A DNA stretch of 64,000 nucleotides. Origin: Scenedesmus sp. PABB004. Lineage: Eukaryota. A program made the position numbers and the translations under genes. The notes under the pieces were generated by a model. It had not been told where the DNA came from and ran no database searches. It saw only the letters and a list, made by a program, of their open reading frames with translations. Shown here one piece after another: positions 11,300-26,910 of this stretch (the first letter of the stretch is position 1; each line of letters starts with the position of its first letter). The stretch covers positions 124,001-188,000 of the forward strand of contig JABVCE010000002.1 in NCBI GenBank assembly GCA_014905635.1, given 5' to 3'.

Positions 11300-14200
11300 A
11301 TGGAGCCCGACGCGGCGGCGGCGGTCATCCAGGCGAGCTGGCGGCGCTTCGCCGCCGCCGCCGCGGCACGGCGCCTGGCGGCGCTGCGGCGGTCGCGGCC
11401 GCCGCGGCCGCGGCCCGACGCGCAGCGGCAGGCCCGCGTGGCGGCGTGGGCGGGCTTCGCCGCGCGCCAGGCGGCGCGCCACGTGCGCCCGCCGCCGCGC
11501 GCCGGCCGGAGGCTGCTGCCCGCGCCGGCGTGCTACCGGCTGCGCGTGCGCCGCGCGGCGGGGCTGCCGCCGCTGCCGCCCGCCCCCGGCGGCGGCGCGT
11601 TTGAGCTGCGCGTGGCGGTGTCGTTGTACGACGAGGCGCTCGGCGCGTTCTACGGCTGCACCGTGCACGGCCCGCCCGCGCCGCCGCAGCAGCAGCCGGG
11701 CGGCGGCAGTGACGTCGAGCTGTGCTTTGACGCCTTCTTCGCCTCCGCCATCGCCGACCCGCTCTGCATGGCCGTGGTGCGCGCGCCGAGCTGCCGCCCG
11801 CCCGGACCGCGCGCCTCTCGCCGCGCGCGCGGCGCCGGCCGACGGCCGCGCCGCGCGCGCCGCCCGCGCCGCGCTCCGCCGCAGGCCGAGCTCGTCCTCG
11901 TGGCGTGCGACGCGTGCGGCGGCGAGGTGCCGGGCGCGGAGTTCAGCCTGGGCTGGGCGCAGCTGCCGCTGTTCGCGGGGCCCGGCGGCCTGCCGCTGGG
12001 CGGCGCTGCGGCGGCCGCGCCGCTCATGGCCGGCACGCCGCGCTACCTGCTGCTGCGGTGCGCTGCGTGCCGCGCGCCGCGGCCCGCGGCCCGCGCCCGG
12101 CACGCGCGGCGGCGGCCGACCCGACCCGCACCCGCCCTGCCCCGCGCCGGCCGCGCCCGCAGGTCGGTGTGCGGCGAGGCGCTGCCGCCGCCCGCGGCGA
12201 TGGCGGGCGCGAGCCTCGCGTACGAGGCCGAGACCTTCCCAGCGCTCGCGCCCGCGGCCGCGCTGCTGCCGCTCGACTTCCTGGTCTGCGGCAGCGACGT
12301 CCTGCCGGGGCTGCGCCGCTTCGACGTCCGCGGCGCGCCGACCACGCGCCTCGCGGCGGCCATCAGCACGCTCGCCAGCCCCGCGCTCGCGCCGCGCGCC
12401 GCGCTGGGCCTCGCGGCGCTGCGGCTGACGCTGCCGCAGGCTCTGCACAGCCTGCTGAGCGTGCTGCCGCACCTGGCGGGAGCGACGCCGTGAGCAGCGC
12501 CGCGCAGCGCCCGGGGCGGCTCGCCCGCGCGTGCGCCACCGCGCGTGCCGCCGTGCCGCCCACTCGCGCGTGTGTGGCCTGCCGCGCAGGCCGCCCGACC
12601 TCGCATCGTCGTTGCTGGCGGCGCCGAGCCCGCCCGCCGCGGTGCGCTACACGCTCCTGGCGGGCGCGCACAACGGGCGCACGTTTGTGGGGCCGCAGGT
12701 CGCCGCGCCGCTGGCGGCGGACCCCAGCCTCGGCAGCGTCGTGCTGCGGCCGGCAGCCGCGCAGCTGGCGGCGCAGCTGCGCCTCGACGGCGTGCCAGCG
12801 GACGAGTGCGTGGTGGTGGTGCTGGAGCTGCTCGCCGCCCCCGCGGCCGAGCCCGCCGCCAGCGACGCCGCAGCGGGTGCGGCGGTCGCGACGCCTGCCG
12901 CCCAGCAGGTGCTGGTGGGCAGGGCGGTGCTGCCGCCGTTCGAGCGCGTCGCGCCCGACGGCAGCTCGGCGGCGCTGGCGACGGGGCCGCACCAGCTCGT
13001 GCTTGCCGGCGGCGCTGTCAACAGCGCCTGCGGCGACGCCTGCCCGCTCGTGCTGCTCGGCGGCATCACCGAGGGCTGGCTGCCGGTGAGCTGGCGCGCG
13101 ATGCTGCGCGACACCGCGGCGCTCGCGCTGCCGGACCCCACGGTGCAGTTTGACCTGGAGGCGGCTCAGGCGGTCGAGGCGCTGGCGGCGGCGCCGCTGC
13201 AGGCCCCGGAGCTGCGCCCGCAGCGGCTAGCGTCACCGCACGCGCGCAGCGCCGCGCGGCCCGAGCTGCTGCAAGCGCTGGAGGAGCCCCCCAGAACCTG
13301 CAGCGCGCCCAGCGCCCCGCCTGGGTGGCCCTGCGGTGCCGTCCCAGCGCCAGCGCCAGCGGCGCCGGCGGCGGCGCCGGGCGACGCGCAGCTGCAGCGC
13401 CTCGCGGACAGCATGCAGCTGCAGCTCGGCCAGCTGGCCGTCGCGGTGGCCGAGCTGAAGCAGGAGCGGGGGGCGCTGCGGTCGTCGCTGGCGCTGCTGG
13501 AGTCGGCGGCCGCGCGCCGCAGCCCCTCGCCCACAGGGCAGCAGCCCGGCGCGGAGGCGGGGCGCGGCTGGCAGCAGCAGGGCGGCCGGCCGCAGTCGCC
13601 GGAGGCGCCCAGCATGAGCGCCGGCGAGCTGGCGCGGTTCAGGGCCCTGCCGCCCAGCAGCTGGGACCCCGCCGACTGCGCGGGCTTCAGCGGCGCGCAG
13701 CAGGCGGCGGGCGCCGCGGCGGGCGCAGCCGCCGGCGGCGGCGGCGCGCCGAGCCGCGCGGTGCTGCAGCAGGTGCACGAGGCCGGCATGGCGCGGGCGC
13801 TGCCGCCCGACGTGCAGGCGCTCGTCCAGCGCTCGGCGGCGGCGCGCGGCGCCGTCGAGCGCCTGTCGCAGCGCGACTGGGGGCCGGGCGGCGGCGCGTG
13901 CGCGCGCGCGCTGGAGGCCGAGGCGCGCGACCCCCGCACGGCAAGCGAGCTCGTGCTGCAGCTGCTGGCGTTCCGGCCCGCGCACGGCCCCGACGCGGCG
14001 GCGCGGCTGCCGCCCGGCCTGGCCGCGCTGCGCTTCACGCTCTCGCTGCACGATGCGGGCCCAGTCGTCACCGAGCCCTGCCTGCTCGCGGCCGGCGGCG
14101 GCGGCAACGACGCGCTGGTGCTGCTGCCGGCGCGGCCGGTGCGGCGCGCAGCGCGCGCGGGTCAACGGGAAGGCGGCAGCCGCTGCGCCGCCGCCAGGCG

Positions 14201-16664
14201 CCCACGTGCCGCCCTCGCGGCGGCCGCCGCCGCCCGCAGGCACAGCGCGCCGCCGGCGCGGGCCTGGTGCTGAAGCACGTGGTGGACGGCAGCGCGCCAG
14301 GCCAGCTGCTGCCCGGCCAGGACGCGGCGGCAGCGGCGTTCGACGCGCACATGGCGTTTGCGGCGTGGCTGGCGCGCCACCAGCTCGCACTCGACGTGTG
14401 GGACGCCGACTCGCAGCTGCAGGCGCGAGGCCCGCTGCGGCGCGCACGCAGGCGCGCCGCCCGGCCGCGCCGCAGCACCGCGCCGCCCGCGCGCTGAGCC
14501 GCCCGCGTGCGCGCCGCAGCTCGGCACGGCGTCGCTCGGCCTGCAGGGCCTGCTGCGGCAGGGCCGGGAGTTTGCCGAGCTGCTGGTCGAGCTGCCGGTG
14601 CTGCAGGCGCGCTGCCAGGCCGCGGCGCCAGACGACGGCGGCGGCGCGGCGGCGCCCGAGCCGCTGGCCCTGGGGCACCTCGTGGTGCGGGCGATCAACA
14701 TCGGGCGCGAACCGGTCAACGCCGCCGCGCGGCTGCCAGACTTTGACGCCGCGCGCGCCGGCGGCGCCGGGGGCGGCTCGCCCGGGCGCAAGGTGCGCGT
14801 GCGCGCGGCGCCGCTGGAGCCGGGCAGCCCCGTGGCCAGGGAGCTGCGCGGCGCCGGCGCCGGCGACGCGCCGCGCAGCCCGTTCAGCGTGGACTGGCAG
14901 CAGTCGCCGGAGGCCGTCGCTGCCAGCAGGGGCGGCTGCGACGCCGACGTGGCGGCGGACATCATGGGCTTTGAGCAGCGCAAGGTGAGGGGCCGCACCC
15001 GCATCTGGCCACGCGCGCGCGCGCCGCGCTCGCGGCAGCTGGGGCCCTGGCCGACACGCGGCGCCGCCCTGCCTGCCGCCGCGCCTGGGCACCGCCGCAG
15101 CTGGCGCGCGGGCAGCGCCTGCGCGAGCTGCTGAGCGCCAGCCCAGCAGGCCGGCCCGGCAGCGCGCCCGGCAGCGGCAGCGGCGGCGGCGGCGGCGCGC
15201 CGGGGGCGCCGTGCGGCGGCAGCAGCCCGGGGCAGCTGCAGCGCGCGCGGGGCGACGGTGCGGCGGGCGAGCGCTTCCGGGCGGTGCAGCGGCAGCTGCT
15301 CGCGGACGTGGACGCGGTGCGCAAGCGCCAGCGGCCCGAGTTCATCCGCGCGCAGCTGCGCGGCGAGCTGGTCACGGCGCGCAGCCTCGTGCCGCGCCCG
15401 GGCGAGGTGCTGCTGCTGGAGCACGTGCTCGCCAACCCGCTCGGCCGCGACGCGGTGTTCGAGCTGCGCGTGTCGCACCCGGCCGAGCTGCGGGCGGTGG
15501 AGGACGCGGGGGAGCTGCGCGCGCTGCGCGCCGCGGACGCGGCGCGCCGCGGGGCCGCCGCCGGCGCGGCGGCGCCGGCCGGCCCCGCCGGCGCCAGCCT
15601 GGCGGCGGCGGCCAGCGCCGCGGACGCGGCAGCCGCCGCCGGCGGCAGCGCGGCGCTGGCCCGGCGGGGGCGCGTCTTTGTGGCGGCCAACGAGAGCGTG
15701 AGCGTGCCGTTTCGCTACAGCCTCGCAGACGGCGCCTCGCGCGGCGGCGTGCCGGGCCCGGCGCACAGCGTGGCGGTGCAGTTTGTGCCGCTCGAGCTGG
15801 GGCACGCGGTCAGCATCCTCGAGGTCACGGTGCGCGGGCGCCGCCGCCGCCGCCGCCGCAGCGCCTGCCAGCATGCCCACTCACCCACTGCTCACCCCCC
15901 CCCCCCCCGGTGCAGATCCAGCTGCGGCCGGCGATCGTCGACCGCACGCTGCGCTTCCACGCGCCGGAGCGCGAGGCGCTGCGCGTGGCGGTGCCGCTGG
16001 ACGAGCGCCGCGAGCCCCTGCTGGCGGCCGCCGCCGCGGGCGGCTGCTTGCGTGCGACGGCGAGCCGGCCCGACGTCGCGCTGCGCGTGGACTGCCCGCC
16101 CGGCGGCGCCGCCGCCGCCGTGCGCATGCGCTTCAGGGCGGGCGACGCGCCCGAGGTGGCCGACTTCAGCGTGCGGCTCTACGCCGCCGCCGACGCCGCG
16201 CTGGCGCAGCCGCTCGCGGTCTGGCAGGTGTTTGTGCACGCGCTGCAGAAGCTCGACATGTGCGCGGCGGTGGGCCAGCGGAGCAGCACCAGCCTGGCCG
16301 TTGCCGGCGGCGCCGCGGACCGCACGGTCGCGGTCTTTAGCTCGCGCCCGGCCGAGCTGCGCGCGGCGCCTGCGAGCCTGATGCTGCCGGCGGGGCGCGT
16401 CGCCGCGCTGCACCTCACCTTTGCGCCGCGCGCGGCCGGCCGCGACTGGGTGAGGCGCGCGCGCGCGCGCCGCGCCGCCGGCGGCTGCCCGCCGCGCGGC
16501 CGCGCCGACGCCCAACGCCCCTGGCACCACCGCTCGCCGCCGCAGGTGCGCGTCAACCTCGTCGACCCCGACAGCCAGCAGCTGGTGCACGCCCTCATCG
16601 TCGCCACCACCGCCACCCAGCCGGCGGAGGACGAGGGCTGGGGCGCCGCCAGCGGCGCGCCGTG
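11300..16664 (+). CDS. NPHP4: Nephrocystin-4-like ciliary transition-zone protein
   Basis: 9 exons reconstructed in frame. Blocks ELRVAVSLYD..FYG, GTPRYLL, GAHNGRTFV, LDVWDADSQLQLGTASLGLQGLLRQGR, LEHVLANP and VDRTLRFHAPE follow the order of conserved NPHP4 segments as I recall them. Confidence 0.85.
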
Positions 16665-17078
16665 AGCTCGCGTGCCGGGGCTTGCGGCGTCACCAGCAGC
16701 AGCAGCGGCGGCACCGGTGTCACACAAGCATCTCTGCGGCCGGCTGTCCCGCTCCCACGCGCGCTCAGACGAACTCCCCTGCGTCCGCGCCGCTCGCGCA
16801 GCACTCGCAGCGGTGCATCGCACGCCGCGCTCGTAAGCGATTCGCTGCTCGCCCGCCGCGCGCCACCAGGGCCCGCCAGGCCCGTGCCGCAGCCGCCCGA
16901 CACTCATCAATCTGATCGCAGGCGAGGGCGCCCACGCGCCGCGCCAGGCGGGGCGCGCGCTGGCCGGGCGAGACGGCAGGGCAGCACGCTCTGCCCGCGC
17001 GCGCGCGCGCCCCGGCCGAGAGCCCGCCCGCCGCCGCTCCGTCCATCGCGTGGCCCACCCGACCCAACCGCAGGCACT

Positions 17079-18558
17079 ATGAGGCCCGCCGTGACTCTCC
17101 TGCTGCTGCTCGCCGCCGCGCTGCTGGCGTCGCCGGCGCGCGGCGCCGCGCGGCGCCTTGCCGCCACCGACGCGGCGGCCCGGACGGACTTCTTCCTGCC
17201 GTTCGCCCTGGCGGCCGTCGACCAGGCGGCGGCGGCCCCCGCGCCGGCGGCCGCCGCGCCCGCGGCGAAGCCGGCGAAGGCCTCGGATCACCAGGACCAG
17301 GACGACGACGACGCGGAGGATGATGGCAAGAAGCTGGTCAGCGACGGCGGGCTCCGCGTCATCGTGAAGCAGGCGGCCGGCATGGTCAAGGTGGAGAAGG
17401 CCGGCGACGCCAAGGCGGCGGCGGCCACGGCGCCAGGCGACGACCAGGCGCGGCCCGGCACGAGGCTCGGGCGGGGCGGGGCCGGCTGCGCGGGGCTGGG
17501 GTTGAGGGTTGAGGGGCTGTGGGGTGAAGGGTTGGGGAGTCGGGTGGCTGCTGCCGCAGCCGGGCAGGGCACGCCGGCCAGCCGACCCCCGCACCGCGCG
17601 GCTGCGCCCGCACAGGTCCTGGTCGTGGTCAAGGACACCCGCGGCGGCAAGAACAAGCACGGCGGTGACAAGGATGGCAAGTATGGCAAGGGCGACAAGG
17701 GTGCTGATGGCTCAGACGACGAGGGCGACTCGGGCGACTCGGTCGTCACGGCGGACGGCCTGATCGTGATCATCAAGCGCGACGACGGCGGCAAGAAGAA
17801 GGTCGTGGTCCTGATCAAGGACGCCAAGGAGGGCAAGAAGCACGAGAAGGGCGACAAGGACAAGGTGAGGGCCAGCGCGGTGGACCGACCACGCACGCCG
17901 CGTGCCAGCGGCGCCGGCTGCCGCGCACCGCCTGGCCCAGGTGCACCCAGCACGGGGTGCACGCCGCAAGCCTCCCGCGCAGCTCACCGGCCGCGCTCCC
18001 CGCTTGCAGAAGGACAAGAAGAAGGACAAGAAAGGCGAGAAGAAGAAGGGCGAGAAGTCTGACAAGAAGGTGCGAGCCCCTCGCCGCACAAGGGGGGCGC
18101 ACGCGGCCGGGGCAAGGCCGCCGCGGCAGGCTGCCTCGTCGCGCCTGCGCGCTGGGCCGAGGCGCCCGCCGCGCCGCGCCCCGCCGTGCCCTGCCCGCCC
18201 CGGCGCCGTGCAGTGCGACTGCGCCCAGGGCATGCGCGGCCCGGAGGGCCGCGGTGGCCCCAAGGGCCGCGGCGGCCCGATGGGCGGCCCCGGCCCGATG
18301 GGCGGCCCCGGCCCGATGGGCGGCCCCGGCCCGATGGGCGGCCCCGGCCCGATGATGGCAGGCCCCGGTGGCCCGATGGGCGGCCCCGGCCCGATGATGG
18401 GCGGCCCCGGGCAGATGCCGCCTGAGGCAGACGGCGACGACGATGATGACGTCGACGATGACGTGGAGGTGACGGAGGAGGTGCTGCTCGTGGCGGTGCC
18501 CGCCAACGCCGTGCCGCAGGTGCAGGCCGCCACCGCGCCCGCGCCTGCCCAGGGCTGA
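17079..18558 (+). CDS. Secreted protein: signal peptide, K/D-rich region, CxC motif and Gly-X-Y (collagen-like) repeat
   Basis: MRPAVTLLLLLAAALLASPARG signal peptide. Four exons (donors 17447 GC, 17865 GT, 18070 GT). Last exon CDCAQ-(G-X-Y)14... Confidence 0.75.
18274..18410 (+). repeat. 18-nt coding tandem repeat (GPMGGP)
   Basis: ggcccgatgggcggcccc repeated. Confidence 0.9.
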
Positions 18559-18778
18559 GCCAGCTCGCGGCCACCGGCTGCTGCGTGCTGCGTGCTGCGT
18601 GCCGCACTCTGCCGCACTCCTGGCGTGAGGTCGGCCCGACGGTGCCATCTGACAAGTGCGGGGTTGCTGAAGCAAGCTTTGTTTTGGACGCGGCCCCAAC
18701 ACTCTTGCACGGGCGGCGGTGCGTGATTGATCGAGATCGGCGCGCGGTCCCAGCAAGCTCTCTGTGACTTTGAAGCAC

Positions 18779-21700
18779 TCACCGCCAGCTCGCGTGCGAG
18801 TCAGCGTGCCGGCCGCCCGAGCCGCGGCGCCCCGCGCCGCCGCCGCGCCAGCGCCGGCCCCGTGCCCGCACGCGCCGCCGCCAGCGCTGCCAGCTCTCCG
18901 AGTGCCGCCCGCCCGCCACGCGGTGGAGCTCCCGCACGAGCCGGAACTGCTGCGCGCCGATCGCGTGCCCCGGGCGGTAGTGCCAGCACCGCACGAGCGC
19001 CCAGTGCAGCACGCACAGCTGCCAGGCGCGGATGCGGGGCGCCACAGCCGCCACAGCCGCCACGCGGGCGGCGGCCTCGCCCGCGTCGCGGCCCGCCTGC
19101 GCCTGCTGCGCCCGCGCCTGCTGCGCCAGCATCTGCTGCGCCTGCTGCGCCTGCTGCGCCTGCTGCGCCTGCTGCGCCTGCGCCTGCTGCTGCTTGCGCC
19201 AGGCGATGATGGGCGGCGCCGCGGCGTCTGCGAGGTCGTCCAGCCACGCCTGCGGCGGCACCACGCCCAGCTGCGCGAGGCTCCAGCACAGCTGCGTGGC
19301 GGCCGCACACGGCGGGCGTGAGCGCGGCGCCGGCGGACAGGGTCGGCCGCCGCCCGCCACCCAGGGTGCCAGCGCCCGCGCACCTGGGTGAGCTGGTCAA
19401 AGGTCAGCACGCGCAGCTTGCCCTGCAGCCGCAGCAGCACCGCGCGCATCCACGCGCCGCCCGGCCGCACACGCAGCGCCAGCAGCAGCGCCAGCAGCGC
19501 CACCATCTGGTCGCCCCGGAACAGCGCCATGCACCGCGCCGCAGCCACCAGCAGCCGGTCCAGCAGCGCCAGCGGCGGCCGGCAGCGCAGCGCCACGAGC
19601 GACCCCAGCAGCGCCAGCAGCGCGCGCGCGTCCAGCGCCGCGCCGCCAGGCGCCGTGCCGCCCGCCGCCGCGCCCGCCGCCGGCAGCAGGGCCGCCAGCC
19701 ACGCGCGGCTGTCGCTGGGGCCCAGCGCCGCCGCGCCCCAGGCGGCGAGGCCCAGGGAGCGCGGGTCCAGCACGGCCAGCCGCGGCGCGAGGGCAGCGCA
19801 CGCCCTGTCCGCAAAGGCGCCGCCGTCGCCCGCAGCGGCCGGCTGGCCGCCGCCCGGCGCCGGCAAGGCCGCGCGCGCTGCCATGGCCGCGGCGGCCGCC
19901 GACGCCGCCGGCGTCACGCGCCGCGCCGCGCGCCGCGCGCGCACCAGGCTGCGCTTGAAGCTGCGCCAGGCGGCGCCGCTGAGGGTCCAGGGCTGGGGCG
20001 CGCGCCGCCGCTGCGTGTGCAGCAGCTGTGCCCACGCGTGCAGCAGCTCCGCCGCCGCCGTGGGCTCGCACTGCCGTGTCGGCGGCGCGTCCGCGCCCTC
20101 GAGGTGCTGCAGCACCCGCACGCCCACGCCGGCGCACCAGTCGTCGGGCGGGCGCACGCCCTGTCGCGCCAGTGCACGCAGCACCTGGGCCAGCTGCTCT
20201 GCGCGGCACACCGCGAGCTGCGGGGCGACGGCAGCGGCATAGCTGGACAGCCAGCGGCGCGCGGCAGCGCGCTGCCGCCCGTCGCCGCGCTGGTGGCGCA
20301 GCAGCGCCTCGCAGCTCAGCAGCGCTACGACCGCGTGGGAGCTGCTGGCCTGCAGCTCGCGCAGCTCGCGCCGTGGCAGCGCCCGCCGCTCGTGCGCGGC
20401 CATCTGCTGCTGCTGCCAGCTGCGCTGCCGTTGCGCGGCGGCCAGAAGCGCCGCCCGCAGTGCTGCCTGGGCTGGCACCGGCGCCCCCATGCCTGGCAGG
20501 CCCCAGCGAAGCTCGCTGGGCGCCTGCGCGGGGCGCCCTCCTCCGGCGCCGGCGGCGGCCGCCCGCGCCTCCTCGGCGCCGGCGGCCACGGCGGCGAGCT
20601 TGGCCAGCGCCCGGGCAGCAACCGCCAGGTCCGCACCCTCGGCGCCGCAGTGGTCGCCGCCGCCGTCGCCGCTGCCGCCCGGCTGCGCTCCCGGCGGGTC
20701 ACGCGCTGCGGCCGCGCCGAGCAGGGGCCCGAGGCAGCGGGTCTGGTGCAGCGCCGGCAGCACCGCCAGGCGGCCGCCGCGCCAGCCGGGCCTGTCGCCG
20801 CCTGTCGGCTCGGCCGCCGGCGGGAGCACCGCGACCAGTCGCCGCTCCTGCTCCAGCTCGGCGAGCGCCGCCAGCTGAGACAGCACCGCAGCGGCGCCGC
20901 GCCGCTGGCCGGCCGCTGCCTCGCCACCGCTGTCGCTGCCCAGGCCGTCGCTGGCGCCATCGGCGCCGCCGTCAGCTTCGATGCTGGCGCCTGCCAGCCC
21001 CGCGGCAGCGAGCAGCTGCTGCAGCACGCGCTGGCCGCCCGGCAGCGCCTGCAGTTGCGCCAGGCAGACCAGCAGCGCCGCCAGCTGGCGCAGCTGCAGC
21101 CGCTGCCGCGACGGCGCCGCGCCCGGCTGGCACCAGCTGGCCAGCACGCGCGCGAGCGCCTCCAGCACGTGCTGCTCCTGCTCGCGCCGCGACGGGGCGT
21201 CCCAGTCGGCACTGCTCTGCTGCTGCTGGCGCTGGCGCAGCAGCAGGCGGCGCCGCTGCTCCAGCAACTGCAGGTGCGCGGCCTCGCTGAGCTGCGGGTC
21301 ATTGCTTCTGGGCGCCCGTCCCAACTGTTGGTGCTGCACCTCCAGCTGCTGCTGCGGCGGCTGCTGCTCTGCCCCCTGGCCCTGCTGCCGCTGCTGTCCC
21401 AGCAGCCAGGCCGCGCCCTGCAGCAGGCCCACGAGCGCAGGCCCGCTCAGCAGCTCCGGCGCGCCCCTGGCCGCCTGCTGCAGCAGCGCCAGCAGCACAG
21501 CCGCTGGCTGCGACAGCCGCAGCTCCAGCTCCGCCGCCGCCCTCAGCAGAAGCGCGACCTGGCGAGCCTCCAGCTGCTCGGCGACGGCGGCCGGCGGCTC
21601 CTGATGTGGCTGCGAGCCCTGCTCCCCAGGCGCTGCAGCCAGGGACGCCGCGTGCTGCAGCAGCTGCCGCCCGGCTGCCTGCGCGGCGGCTCGGTCGCGC

Positions 21701-22563
21701 GGCGCCGGCTGCTGCGCCGACGCCAGCCGCGCCAGCCGCGCCAAGCGCTGCATCGCTGCCGTGGCCTGCGGCACGCCCACCGCGGGCCACGTGGCGCCCA
21801 GGATGGCCTGCAGCGCCGCGGCGCTCGGCGCCGTCGCCAGCAGCTGCGTGAGCAGCTTGCCCTTGACCGCGGGGCGGCCGCGCTGCGCGCCGGCCGCCGA
21901 CGAGCCGGGCAGCGCACGGTGCTGCTGCTCCGACTGCTGCTGCTCCGACTGCCCCGACTGCTGCTGCTCGCACTGCTGCAGCAGCGCGTCGTACCACTCG
22001 GCGCGCGGCGCCAGCCGCAGCGCCGCCACTGCCCACAGCACCGCCGTGCGCTCGGGCCGCGTGAGCACGGGGGCGCGCGCCTGCGCCGCCGCCAGCAGCT
22101 GCGCCGCCACCGCGGCCGTGCCGCTGCCGCCGACCGGCCGCCCGCCGCCCGGTGGCGGCGCCGCTGGCAGCGAGGCCAGGCGCTGCAGCGCCGCGGCGAC
22201 CTGCCGCCCGCTCAGGCCGCCCCGCCGCGCCGCCAGCAGCGCCGCGAGCTCGTCGGCGCTGCCCGCCGCGGCCAGCGCGGCGCTCAGGTCGGCGGCGCCG
22301 TGCGCCGGCCGGCGCTGCCGCTGCGCCACGCCGGCGCCGGCGGGCTGTGCGTCCGGGAGGGTCTCCTCGCCGCCGTGAGCGCCTGCGGCGCCAGCGCGGG
22401 CCCCCGGCGGCGCCGCGGCGGGCGGCGCAGCGGCCGCTGCTGCGCGCCACGGCGCCGGCCCAGCCGCTGCGCGCGCCCGCGGGGCTCCAGCGGGCGCCAG
22501 GCCGCTTGCCGACCTCCCCGCCACCCCGCCGCGCCCGGCGGAGCGCGCAGCCGTCGCCAGCAT
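18779..22563 (-). CDS. Octotricopeptide-repeat (OPR)-like helical-repeat organellar RNA-binding protein
   Basis: Transit-peptide-like N-terminus. Repeated OPR-type motifs VLWAVAALRLAPRAEW, LRALARQGVRPPDDW, LALRVRPGGAW, LCWSLAQLGVVPPQAW. One intron at about 19383-19292. Confidence 0.75.
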
Positions 22564-22856
22564 GACGCCCCCTCCCGCGAGCCCCCGCAGCTGGCGTTCA
22601 ACGGCGCGGTATGCAGGACCCGATCCAGGTTAGCCCTAGGAGGCGGGCGGCGCGCGCGGGCGACGCAGCTCGGGCGTGGCTGTTCAGGTCTCGGCGGCCC
22701 GGCAGCGGTGGCGCGGCACACATTGCTCGGCGCGCCAGGCCCTCCGCACCCTGCCCGACTCACCGCCCCGCTCGCGGCATAGCCCGCGCCAGCCAGGCGC
22801 GCGCCGGCGGCCCCCGAGCAGCAGCAGCGCTGCGCGCCCCGCTCAACGCCCGCACC

Positions 22857-26352
<3,496 letters not shown>

Positions 26353-26910
26353 GCGCGCGCTCAGACCGCGCCGGCGGCGGCGGCGAGCGGCGGCGCGCTG
26401 CGCTGGCGGGCGCGCCGTTTTGAGGCGGCGGCGCCGGCGGGCGCGCCCGGGGCGCGGTGCCACAGCAGGGCGGGCTGGCGGGGCGTAGCAGCGGGCATGG
26501 CTGGGGGGCGGCCGGGGGCAGAGCGCTGCAGGCTGGCGCTTCCAGCGCTGTCGCGTTGCGCTGGGGCCGTGGCGGCGACGCAGTTGCCGGGCGCCGGCGG
26601 CGGCGGGCCACCCGAGTGGCCGCGCGCGGCGCGCACGCGGCCGCCGTGCGTCGGCGAGCCCTGGGGCGGCGTGTGTACAACGAACAGCGCGCGCCGCGTG
26701 CAACACCAGTTTCCTGTCCCGACCCCCCGGCGCGCGAATGGGCGCCGCCGCTCGACCTCCGCCGCCGCATGTCGCACGTCGTCGCAGTGCGACTGGCAGC
26801 CCGTCCCCCGGCCGCTGGCTGGCAGCCACCGCCTGCCGCAGCCTGCCGGCCTGACACCCAGGTCCTGACCCTGGAACTCTCAATGGCCTCGGCCCGGGGC
26901 TCATGATCGA

